Shown piece by piece: positions 9,454 to 20,937 of a stretch of 64,000 nt of DNA. The notes beneath the pieces are model-generated. The model did not search any database. It worked only from the letters and a program-made list of their open reading frames with translations, and had not been told where the DNA came from. Position 1 is the first letter of the stretch, and each line of letters opens with the position of its first letter. The translations under genes and the position numbers were made by a program. This DNA comes from Chthoniobacterales bacterium (GTDB lineage: Bacteria; Verrucomicrobiota; Verrucomicrobiia; Chthoniobacterales; Chthoniobacteraceae): positions 192,001 through 256,000 of the forward strand of contig JBBQZX010000003.1 of assembly GCA_038207335.1 (NCBI GenBank), read 5' to 3'.

Positions 9454-10557
9454 ATGCCTATCCATAATATCCTGACGAACACCGGCGAATGGCTCCGTGG
9501 CGAGGGGCCGCATTCTCAGATCGTGGTCAGCAGTCGGGTGCGGCTCGCGCGCAATTTGAAGGCGCACTCTTTTCCCGGGTGGGCGAAGAAGACGGAGCGG
9601 CTGCAGATTCTCGAGGCGATCAAGCCTCAGGTGGAGGAGCTACCGGAGATGAATGACGCGTATTCGGTTTACTCTCAAGATTTGACGGCGCTGGAAAAGC
9701 AGGTGCTGGTCGAGCGACATCTCATCTCTCGGGAACACGCGGCGAAAGGGATGGGTTCCGCGGTGGTGATGAATCGGAAGCAGACGCTCTCGATCATGAT
9801 CAATGAAGAGGATCACCTGCGGATGCAGGCAATCCGCTCGGGCTTGCAGCTCAAGAGCGTTTTCAAGATGATCGACAAGGTCGATTCCGCGCTCGAGGAA
9901 AAGCTCGATTTCGCGTTTCACAGTCGACTCGGATACCTCACGGCGTGCCCGACGAACGTCGGCACGGGGATGCGGGCGTCGGCGATGGTCCATTTGCCGG
10001 GGCTCGTCTTGAGCGAGCAGATCAATCAAGTCATCCAAGCGGTGAACAAGATCGGGCTGGCGGTGCGCGGGCTTTATGGAGAAGGCACGGAGGCGCTCGG
10101 GAATTTTTTTCAAGTCTCCAATCAGACGACGCTCGGAGAAAAGGAAGAGGATATCATCCACCGGCTGCACAAAGTCATCGAGCAGATCATCGAGCATGAG
10201 CAGAACGCGCGACAGATACTGCTGCAAAAGAAGCCGAACACGCTGCTTGATAATGTGGGGCGCGGATATGGCATCCTCCGTCACGCGTACTCGATGAGCT
10301 CGAAGGAGGCGCTCAATCTTCTTTCGTTCATCAAGCTCGGCATCGATCTCTCGTTTTTCCCCGAAGCTTGCCGGCAACCAGTCGATGAGCTTTTCATCGA
10401 AACCCAGCCCGCGCATCTGCAGAAAGGCTCGACGCAGAAGCTCGCGGCGGATGAGCGGGATTTCTTGCGAGCACAATTGATCCGCGACAAGCTGACGGAA
10501 TTTCCAGGGCCGGATGTGGGGCGTGCGACGCCGCCTGCGCCGGAGAGTGCGGGGTAG
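9454..10557 (+). CDS. mcsB: Protein arginine kinase, McsB family (ATP:guanido phosphotransferase fold)
   Basis: SSRVRLARN, INEEDHLR, YLTACPTNVGTGMRAS, VRGLYGEG, QVSNQTTLG; upstream of clpC. Confidence 0.93.
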   Translation: MPIHNILTNTGEWLRGEGPHSQIVVSSRVRLARNLKAHSFPGWAKKTERLQILEAIKPQVEELPEMNDAYSVYSQDLTALEKQVLVERHLISREHAAKGMGSAVVMNRKQTLSIMINEEDHLRMQAIRSGLQLKSVFKMIDKVDSALEEKLDFAFHSRLGYLTACPTNVGTGMRASAMVHLPGLVLSEQINQVIQAVNKIGLAVRGLYGEGTEALGNFFQVSNQTTLGEKEEDIIHRLHKVIEQIIEHEQNARQILLQKKPNTLLDNVGRGYGILRHAYSMSSKEALNLLSFIKLGIDLSFFPEACRQPVDELFIETQPAHLQKGSTQKLAADERDFLRAQLIRDKLTEFPGPDVGRATPPAPESAG

Positions 10558-10783
10558 ATTTGGCGAGCGGAGAGAGGAGCCGAGGCGAGCGCGGAAAAGA
10601 AATAGCGCGGTTCGCCGCTTTCCCCCAATCCGCGCAATGTGCGTCGTCAGCCTTTGCCATCAAAAAAAACCACGTCTTCGACAGGGTCGGTATTGCGGAA
10701 AAGGGGCACACGCTCCACATTACTGGTATCTCCGAATCATTCGTGGAAAACAACATCCGCGGAGACCGGAGCAACGAGAACGA

Positions 10784-13267
<2,484 letters not shown>

Positions 13268-13290
13268 TCGACAGACAATTTCCTCCTCGG

Positions 13291-13331
13291 AGGGCGGGCG
13301 AACTCACTGAGTTCGCCCGCCCTTATTTTTT
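13291..13331 (+). terminator. Intrinsic terminator of mcsB-clpC
   Basis: Inverted repeat agggcgggcgaactc-act-gagttcgcccgccct followed by tatttttt. Confidence 0.9.
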
Positions 13332-13470
13332 GTAAATGCCGCGCTCGTAATGCGTGGGAGTTTTCGCTGTTGCGGGATCCCACTTCCTCGCTCTGTTCCA
13401 AACCGCTGCGCCAGTCTTGGCTGCTGCCAGAGGCGTAGTTTTTGCTATTCAATTTCCTCTCGTTTTTGCC

Positions 13471-16400
13471 GTGGCATTCCCCTCGCTCCAAAAAAAGATC
13501 ATAATCGGTTTTATCGCCGTGGCAGTGGTTGCTGCCGTTCTCACGAAGAGAGCGTTGGATGACATCCGCCACCTCGCGGCATCCCGAAACGATGTGCAAA
13601 AATCGGAGCGTGTGTTGCGGGGCTTGGACGCCGCTGGGTCCTCTATCAACGCGCTGGAGGCGAGCGCTGCGACGTATATCCTGAGCGGGTCCGAGCCCGA
13701 TTTTGCGAGATTTGGAGGAAGCCAAAAAGAACTCGCCGCGCGCATTTCCGAACTCGCCGAGTTGCTTTCCGGTGAATCGAATGCGACACCGCTCACGGCG
13801 TCGTTGAGCGCTGCCGCGACCCGGCGGGTGTCGAGCCTCAATGCAGCGGCTGCGCTTCGAAAGAGCAACGGGTTTGAAGCCGCGCTCGATCAAGAAGCCA
13901 TAAGGAACTCTGCCCGCGCGGTCACTGAGCTTCGGAGTTTCACTGGGAAGCTGAAGGAGGATCAGCAATTTCTGCTCGAAATCCGGCAACAGGATATTCA
14001 GCGGAAACAGGCTGAGGTGGTGAGCGTGGTTTGGACCGGAGCGGCTATTCTCGTTGCGTCGTTGCTCTTGCTCGCCGGGATGTGCTGGTGCGAGATGGCC
14101 ATGCATCGCCGCGCGGTTGTCGCGCTGTGGGAGAGCGAGATATTCTCCAAGCAACTGCTGGATCACAGCGGGGAATGTGTGCAGGTGCTCGATCTGGCGG
14201 GGTGTGTCCTCCAGATGAATGCGGCTGGCCGGCGCATTCTCGATCTTCCGAGATCGCAAAAGCTCTCCAGATTAATGTGGCCGGATCTTTGGAAAAACGA
14301 AGCGCACTCGCTCGCCCGCAAAGCGATCGCGCAGGCGAAGCAGGGCGGCACGGCGCGCTTCCGCGGGCTCTGCCCGAGTTTCTCCGGTGCGCCTCGCTGG
14401 TGGGATGTGGATATTTCCCGAATTCCTGGAAAGGCGGGCGAGCCGGACCGGTTGCTCGCGGTTTCACGCGACGTTACGGAAATCCGATGGGCGGAGGGAA
14501 AATTCCGCGCGCTTTTCGAGAACTCTGTGGATGCCCACTTACTCTTCGATGATCACGGGATCATCGACTGCAATCGGGCCGCGGTGCAGATGCTCAAGTT
14601 CCCAGACAAGCTGTCGCTTATGGCTGTGCAAATCGCAGACCTTTCGCCGGCGCTACAACCGGACGGAATTTCATCCGCGCACAAATTTGCGGAGTATCGG
14701 CGGCTGGCAGAGGAAACCGGCGAGTGCCGGGCGGACTGGCATTTCGTGCGTGCGGGCGGCGAGCAGTTTCCGGTGGAGGTGAGCCTCGCGCCGGTGAACC
14801 TCGATGGGCGTCGCATCCTGCTTGCGGTATGGCGCGACTTGACGGGCAAAATTCGCGCCGAGATGGCGCTGCGCGAGAGCGAGGAGCGCTTTCAATCGTT
14901 CATGGATCACAGCCCGACGATCGCCTTCATCAAGGACGACGAGTGCCGCTACATTTATGTGAACAAGCCGTTCGAGGAGCAGTTTGGCGTTGATTTCGAG
15001 ATCGATCTCAAGGGTCAAACGGACCAGGGCTGGCTGCCGGAGGAGACGGCGAAATTTTTCATCGAGACGGATCGCAAAGTCCTCACAACAGGGCAACCTG
15101 CGCGGCTGGTGGAAGTCGTGCCGCTCGGCGAGGGACAACTGTCGGAATGGCTCGTGCTGAAATTTCCGATGCGGACTTCGACTGGGCGCATGTTGCTCGG
15201 CGGGGTCGGCGTGGACATCACGAAGCAAAAGCGCGGCGAACGTGCGCTGCGGGAGCGCGAGGCGCAGTTTCGCGATCTCTTCGACGACGCGCCGGTGGCG
15301 TATCACGAACTCGATACGGATAATCGGCTCACGCGCGTAAACGCCACGGAACTCGCGATGCTAGGCTACACCGCGGATGAAATGGTCGGGCGCTCCGTGT
15401 GGGATTTCATCCTCGAAGACGCCGCCGAGCATGCGATTCCGGTCGAACTCGCCGGCGAGATGCGACTCGCTGCGACGCAGCGCACTTTCAAAAAAAAGGA
15501 CGGCACCACCGTCCCGGTTCTCATGCGCCACAAGCTGATCATGGATGCGAACGGCGAAGTCGCGGGGATGCGCTCGACGCTACAGGACATCAGCGCGCTG
15601 AAGCGCACGGAGCAAGACCTGCGCAATGCTGAGGAGAAGTATCGCAGCATTTTCGAGAACGCGATCGAGGGGATTTTCCAGACGACGACGGAGGGACGGT
15701 TTCTGAATGCGAATCCGGCGTTGGCGCGCATCTACGGTTACGCGTCGCCAGATGCGATGATCGGCGAGGTGCGCGACATCGGGCGCGAAATCTACGTCGA
15801 TCCGAGGCGGCGGGCGGCGTTTGTGAAGGCGATTCGGAATCACGGCGAAGTGTCCGATTTCGAGGCGGAGGTGCGGCGCAAAGATGGGAGCACCCTTTGG
15901 ATTTCGGAGCGCGCGAGAGCGGTGCGGGATGCAGCCGGGCACCTGATCTACCTTGAGGGGACGACGGAGGACATCACAGCAAGGCGCGAGGCGGATGCGG
16001 CGATCATGAAAGCGCGCGATGTGGCGCTCGAATCGGTACGCTTGAAAACGGAATTTCTCGCGAACATGAGCCACGAGATTCGCACGCCGATGAATGGGAT
16101 TATCGGAATGTCTGGGCTCTTGATGGACACGGCGCTGAGCGCGAAGCAGCGCGATTTTACTCAGACGATTTCCTCCAGCGCAGAGGCGCTGCTGACGATC
16201 ATCAACGACATCCTCGACTTTTCGAAAATCGAGGCCGGGATGTTGGTATTTGAAGAGATCGATTTTGACATCGGACATGTCGTCGAAGGCGCGGTTGATC
16301 TGCTGGCGTCGCGCGCGCTCACGAAGAAAATTGAACTCGCGTCTCTGGTTCACAGCGATGTGCCGAAGGCCGTCCGTGGCGACCCCGGGCGTTTGCGACA

Positions 16401-17976
16401 GGTGCTGACGAACCTAATCGGGAATGCGCTGAAATTTACGGAATCTGGCGAGGTCGTCATCCGGGTTGAGAAAACCTCGGAGTCAGCTAATGATCTCACG
16501 GCGCGCTTCAGCATTGCCGACACTGGCATTGGGATCACGCCGGAGCAAAAGGCGAAGCTCTTCCAAGCCTTTGTGCAGGCCGATGGATCGACGACGCGGC
16601 GGTACGGCGGGACTGGACTTGGACTTGCGATTTGCAAGCAACTTGTGCGGCAAATGCACGGCGAGATCGGCGTGGTGAGCACGCCGGGGGAGGGCTCGAC
16701 GTTCTGGTTCACGGCGCGACTTGCAAAGCAAAGTACGACGGCTGTCCCGGCCCAGGCGCTTGATGGCGCGAGCATCCTTGTGGTGGCGGAAAGCGCCACG
16801 AACCGTGAAATTTTGCGCCACCTCTGCGCAGGGTGGAACACGCGCCACGAACAGGCTCGGAATGGCAACGATGCCCTCGCTCATTTGAACAAAGCTGCAG
16901 CACGCGGCGGGCATTTCGACATCGTGCTGATCGATCACGAACTCACGGAAATGGACGGCGCCGCACTTGCCCGCACGATCAAAGCCGACCCAAAACTTGC
17001 GGACACCCGCCTCGTCCTGCTGACTCCACTCGATCGGCGCGACGATGCGGCGCTTATGCGCGAAAGCGGCGTGGATGCCTGTCTGACGAAGCCGCTCAAG
17101 GAGACAGCGCTCTACCAATGCCTTTCCGCTGTGCTCGTCGGTGAGGATGCGCAGCAAGTATCCGCAGGCCTCGCGATGCTGCCCTCGCCGGAGTGCGCGC
17201 AGCGGCCTCGCGATGTGCTTCGCATCCTGATCGCGGAGGATAATGTGGTGAACATGAACGTGGCGCTGCATCAGCTCCAAAACCTCGGATACACTGCCGA
17301 CTCGACTACGAATGGGCGCGCCGTGCTCGAATCGATGCACAAGCTGCCGTACGACTTCGTGCTCATGGACTGCCAGATGCCGGAGTTGGACGGCTACGAG
17401 ACGACGCAAGAAATCCGGCGCATGGAGGGGAGCGAGCGGCATACGTGGATCGTTGCGATGACGGCGCACTCGCTCGCGGGTGATCGTGAGAAGTGCTTCG
17501 CTGCGGGGATGGACGACTACCTCAGCAAGCCGATTCGCACGCCGGATTTGCGGAATGCCATCGAGCGATTCACCGGCGTTCGAGCGATCGCACAGGAGGT
17601 GCGAGAGTTGGGCGGCGCACCGACGATCGACCGCGCACTGCTCGATGGATTTCGCGATCTCGACAGCGACGAGAGCGGGGGGATTCTCGGCAAGCTGATC
17701 GATCTTTTCCTCGAAAATACGCCGGTCGTGCTGGTCGAGGCGCGAGAGGCATTCGCGAAAAATGCGCATCCCCTGCTGGCCCGTGCGGCGCATACTCTGA
17801 AAGGGAGTTGCGCGAATTTCGGGGCTGAGCGAATGCGGGACGCGTGCTGGCGGCTGGAGCAACTCGCCCACAGTGAGACGCTCGAAGGCGCGGCGGAGAT
17901 GCTGCGCGAGGTGGAGGCTGAATTTAACTACGTGCGCCTCGCCCTCGAGCGCGAACGGCCCGCGAACGCCGCATGA
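13471..17976 (+). CDS. Membrane hybrid sensor histidine kinase: periplasmic helical sensor, about 5 PAS domains, HisKA-HATPase, 2 REC, HPt
   Basis: Two TM segments; FLANMSHEIRTPMNG; DTGIG; YGGTGLGL; MDCQMPELDG; AHTLKGS; GTG 13471 preferred start. Confidence 0.93.
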   Translation: MAFPSLQKKIIIGFIAVAVVAAVLTKRALDDIRHLAASRNDVQKSERVLRGLDAAGSSINALEASAATYILSGSEPDFARFGGSQKELAARISELAELLSGESNATPLTASLSAAATRRVSSLNAAAALRKSNGFEAALDQEAIRNSARAVTELRSFTGKLKEDQQFLLEIRQQDIQRKQAEVVSVVWTGAAILVASLLLLAGMCWCEMAMHRRAVVALWESEIFSKQLLDHSGECVQVLDLAGCVLQMNAAGRRILDLPRSQKLSRLMWPDLWKNEAHSLARKAIAQAKQGGTARFRGLCPSFSGAPRWWDVDISRIPGKAGEPDRLLAVSRDVTEIRWAEGKFRALFENSVDAHLLFDDHGIIDCNRAAVQMLKFPDKLSLMAVQIADLSPALQPDGISSAHKFAEYRRLAEETGECRADWHFVRAGGEQFPVEVSLAPVNLDGRRILLAVWRDLTGKIRAEMALRESEERFQSFMDHSPTIAFIKDDECRYIYVNKPFEEQFGVDFEIDLKGQTDQGWLPEETAKFFIETDRKVLTTGQPARLVEVVPLGEGQLSEWLVLKFPMRTSTGRMLLGGVGVDITKQKRGERALREREAQFRDLFDDAPVAYHELDTDNRLTRVNATELAMLGYTADEMVGRSVWDFILEDAAEHAIPVELAGEMRLAATQRTFKKKDGTTVPVLMRHKLIMDANGEVAGMRSTLQDISALKRTEQDLRNAEEKYRSIFENAIEGIFQTTTEGRFLNANPALARIYGYASPDAMIGEVRDIGREIYVDPRRRAAFVKAIRNHGEVSDFEAEVRRKDGSTLWISERARAVRDAAGHLIYLEGTTEDITARREADAAIMKARDVALESVRLKTEFLANMSHEIRTPMNGIIGMSGLLMDTALSAKQRDFTQTISSSAEALLTIINDILDFSKIEAGMLVFEEIDFDIGHVVEGAVDLLASRALTKKIELASLVHSDVPKAVRGDPGRLRQVLTNLIGNALKFTESGEVVIRVEKTSESANDLTARFSIADTGIGITPEQKAKLFQAFVQADGSTTRRYGGTGLGLAICKQLVRQMHGEIGVVSTPGEGSTFWFTARLAKQSTTAVPAQALDGASILVVAESATNREILRHLCAGWNTRHEQARNGNDALAHLNKAAARGGHFDIVLIDHELTEMDGAALARTIKADPKLADTRLVLLTPLDRRDDAALMRESGVDACLTKPLKETALYQCLSAVLVGEDAQQVSAGLAMLPSPECAQRPRDVLRILIAEDNVVNMNVALHQLQNLGYTADSTTNGRAVLESMHKLPYDFVLMDCQMPELDGYETTQEIRRMEGSERHTWIVAMTAHSLAGDREKCFAAGMDDYLSKPIRTPDLRNAIERFTGVRAIAQEVRELGGAPTIDRALLDGFRDLDSDESGGILGKLIDLFLENTPVVLVEAREAFAKNAHPLLARAAHTLKGSCANFGAERMRDACWRLEQLAHSETLEGAAEMLREVEAEFNYVRLALERERPANAA

Positions 17977-18563
17977 AAATACTCATCGCCGAGGACGACC
18001 CGGTGTCCGTGAAAATCCTGCAGCTTACGCTCGAGCATTTTGGGCATGAGGTGATCGCGGCAGAAAACGGCGCGAAGGCATGGGAAATTTTCGACCGCGA
18101 GCCGGTTCGCGTCATCGTGAGCGACTGGATGATGCCGGAGGTCGATGGGCTGGAGCTATGCTCGAAAGTGCGCCGTCGTCCGCGCACGGATTATACGTAT
18201 TTCATTCTGCTCACTGCGATCGATACCGGGCGTGAAAACGTGCGAAAGGCGATGGATGCAGTGATCGACGACTTTCTCGCGAAGCCGCTCGATCGCGAAG
18301 CGGTGCTCATGCGTTTGCGCGTGGCGGAGCGGATTTTGGATTTCACGAAGCAAATCCGGCAGCTCAAAGACCTGCTGCCGATCTGCATGTACTGCAAGCG
18401 GGTGCGCGACGATCGCGACTACTGGCAGCAGGTGGAGAGCTACATCCACGAGCATACCGGCACGAATTTCAGCCACGGCATCTGCCCAGATTGCTTCGCG
18501 GCGCAGCTCGGCAACTTCGCAGATCGCACGGACTTTCACATCGTACCTCCGTCGGAGGAATGA
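17973..18563 (+). CDS. Response regulator with C-terminal Cys/His-rich domain
   Basis: REC (AEDD, SDWMMP, LAKP) then LPICMYCK...SHGICPDC; ATGA overlap with the kinase. Confidence 0.9.
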   Translation: MKILIAEDDPVSVKILQLTLEHFGHEVIAAENGAKAWEIFDREPVRVIVSDWMMPEVDGLELCSKVRRRPRTDYTYFILLTAIDTGRENVRKAMDAVIDDFLAKPLDREAVLMRLRVAERILDFTKQIRQLKDLLPICMYCKRVRDDRDYWQQVESYIHEHTGTNFSHGICPDCFAAQLGNFADRTDFHIVPPSEE

Positions 18564-18603
18564 ACGTGCAATGTGGTGTGGTGGCGAAGCCGTCGCTCTG
18601 TAA

Positions 18604-19485
18604 TCAGTACTCGCGAGCCAGCAGGTGGCCGGCGAGTTCGCGGAGGCGCGTAGCTTTTTCTCCGAAAGGCTCGAGCGACGCGAGCGCTGTGACGGTGAGG
18701 CGGTGCGCTTCTTTGCGGGAGCGTTCCAAACCGAAGATTGCGGGGTAGGTAGCTTTGATCGCGGCGACGTCTTTGCCCGCGGTTTTGCCGAGCTTCTCGG
18801 TCGTCTGCGTGACATCGAGGATGTCGTCGATGATCTGAAAGGCGAGGCCGAGCGACTGGCCGAAGTCGGTGAGATTTTGCAGGCGCGCTTCGGCCACGTT
18901 TGCGCTCATCGCACCAAGCCGGATCGATGCGGTAAGGAGAGCGGCGGTCTTCGAGCGATGAATGAACTTCAATTGTTCGCGGCTGATCTTTTTGCCCTCG
19001 CCTTCCAAGTCGAGTACCTGCCCGGCGATGAGCCAGCGGCTGCCCGCGGCATCGGCAAGTTCACGAATGAGCGCGGCGGTTTTGTAGCGCGGCGTGGCCT
19101 CGGCTTGCGCGAGAATTTCAAACGCGATGGTGAGCAGCGCGTCGCCCGCGAGGACTGCGACACCTTCGCCGAAGACCTTGTGGCTCGTGGGTCGGCCGCG
19201 GCGCAGATCGTCGTCGTCCATGCACGGGAGATCGTCGTGGATGAGCGAGTAGGTGTGGATGCACTCGACGGCGCACGCGGCGGGGAGTGCGCTCTCGACC
19301 GAGCCACCGCCGGCCTCGGCTGCCGCGAGCGCGAGGATGGGACGCAGCTTTTTGCCGCCCGCGAAAAGGCTGTAGCGCATCGCTTTGTGAAGGGTCGCGG
19401 GCCTCGCGGAGGCGCGCGGGATGAAGTGGTCGAGAGCGGTGTCCACGAGCTTCGATCGGTCGCGGAGATAGGTCTGAAGCGGCAT
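18604..19485 (-). CDS. ispA: Short-chain polyprenyl (farnesyl/geranylgeranyl) diphosphate synthase
   Basis: GGKKLRP, IHDDLPCMDDDDLRRG, FQIIDDILD, LGKTAGKD; start MPLQTYL. Confidence 0.93.
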   Translation of the reverse strand: MPLQTYLRDRSKLVDTALDHFIPRASARPATLHKAMRYSLFAGGKKLRPILALAAAEAGGGSVESALPAACAVECIHTYSLIHDDLPCMDDDDLRRGRPTSHKVFGEGVAVLAGDALLTIAFEILAQAEATPRYKTAALIRELADAAGSRWLIAGQVLDLEGEGKKISREQLKFIHRSKTAALLTASIRLGAMSANVAEARLQNLTDFGQSLGLAFQIIDDILDVTQTTEKLGKTAGKDVAAIKATYPAIFGLERSRKEAHRLTVTALASLEPFGEKATRLRELAGHLLAREY

Positions 19486-19543
19486 GGGCTCGGGAGAGTG
19501 CAGGCGGCGGGGAGTTTGTGAAAAGTGAATTTCGCCTGGTGGC

Positions 19544-20854
19544 TTAGCGCTTTCCGAGCAGCGCGCCAAATGGCTTCCAATGCCCGCTTTCACCCTGCTT
19601 CGCGCCGGCCTGAAAAGCTGCAATATCGCGCTGTAGCTCGCGCACGCTGGCATAGCGATCTTCCGGCGCGCGACTGAGCGCTTTCATGGCGATCGTGCCC
19701 AGTGCCTCGGGCATGCGGCTGCCGGGGCAGTGGGACAGCGGCGTTTTGTGAAAGCTGGCAATCGGCTTCAATGACCCGGTGAGGATTTGCTCGAGCATTT
19801 TCAGCTCATCTTCTCCCTCGATAGGTGGCTGGAGCGTGAGCACTCGGAAGAGGATCGCGCCGAGGCTGTAGATGTCGCTGCGGGCTGCGATGGCGTCGTA
19901 TGCCGCGGTCGCCTGCTCGGGTGAGGTGAATGCGGTGACCGATGGAAGCGCATCCGCCTCGGAGGCGCGGAGCGGGTCGGCGAGGGGCTCGCCTGCGGCA
20001 TTGGTGTTCTGGATTTTCGCCAAGCCCCAATTGACCACGAAAACCTCGCCAAATTCACCGATCGTGACGGCGTTCGGGCGAAGCCCACAGTGGATCACGC
20101 CGCGCGAGTGCGCGAATGCAACGGCATCGCAAACTTTCTGAAATACGACGAGCAGCGATGCGAGTGTGTGTTCCTCAGATGCCGTGCTGGAGCCGTTTGC
20201 GAGGCGGTCAAGCACATCAGCGAGCGACTCACCTTCCACGAAGCGGGTGGTGTAAAAAAGCTGGCTCTGCGCATTCACATCCAGCTCGAAGATCGGCAGG
20301 ATGCCAGGGTGCGTGAGCTGGCTCGCGATTTGAGCCTCGCGGACGAATCGCAGGACGTTCGCGGCGCCGGCCTGGCTCTCGGCACGCATCACTTTCGCCG
20401 CGACGATGCGGCCCAAAGTCGTGTCACGTGCCTCGTAAATCGCGCTCGTGCGTCCCTGCACGACGATCTCGCCGTTGTCGTAGCGGTGCGCGCGGAGGAA
20501 GCCCGGAGGTAGCGCGGAGAACACGGACGCCGGCAGCCCGCGGCGGCCAAACTCGCATCTGACGCGGCCGATTTCGATGCGACTGCGAAGGTCCACTCTG
20601 CGCTTTTCCGTAATGCGCCTGCCGTCGATGGATGAGCCATTCGCGCTGGCGAGATCTTCGAGAAAAATCTCGCGCTCGCTGGCGATTGTGAGCCGAGCGT
20701 GCTTCGAGGAGACGGAGGGCTCGTCGATCGCGATTTCACATTTGCGATCCTGGCCGATGACGTACGTGCCGCGCTGGATCAGGCAGCGCGCGAGCAGAAT
20801 TCCGTCGGCGTCGCGAAATATAGCTTCGAGCGGAGGCAGTGTCGGGGGGGGCAT
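19544..20854 (-). CDS. FHA domain plus Hanks-type kinase-like domain, probably a pseudokinase
   Basis: FHA (SxxH, NG); VAAK, RFVREAQI, SPEQ, SDIYSLG; catalytic motifs degenerate. Confidence 0.85.
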   Translation of the reverse strand: MPPPTLPPLEAIFRDADGILLARCLIQRGTYVIGQDRKCEIAIDEPSVSSKHARLTIASEREIFLEDLASANGSSIDGRRITEKRRVDLRSRIEIGRVRCEFGRRGLPASVFSALPPGFLRAHRYDNGEIVVQGRTSAIYEARDTTLGRIVAAKVMRAESQAGAANVLRFVREAQIASQLTHPGILPIFELDVNAQSQLFYTTRFVEGESLADVLDRLANGSSTASEEHTLASLLVVFQKVCDAVAFAHSRGVIHCGLRPNAVTIGEFGEVFVVNWGLAKIQNTNAAGEPLADPLRASEADALPSVTAFTSPEQATAAYDAIAARSDIYSLGAILFRVLTLQPPIEGEDELKMLEQILTGSLKPIASFHKTPLSHCPGSRMPEALGTIAMKALSRAPEDRYASVRELQRDIAAFQAGAKQGESGHWKPFGALLGKR

Positions 20855-20937
20855 CGTTCAAATTTTAGCAGCAAACGTCGAACCAGCCAGGGCTCTTGAT
20901 TTCACGGCGATGTGCGCCTGGTACCGCAAGTCGAAAG

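Noticed and set aside
10514..10783. N-terminal extension of ClpC in the ORF track
   Set aside because: ClpC homology starts at MNNFTPRA; the upstream part overlaps mcsB and is not protein-like.
9400..10783. CtsR or CIRCE heat-shock operators near mcsB and clpC
   Set aside because: No GGTCAAA direct repeat or TTAGCACTC-N9-GAGTGCTAA was seen.
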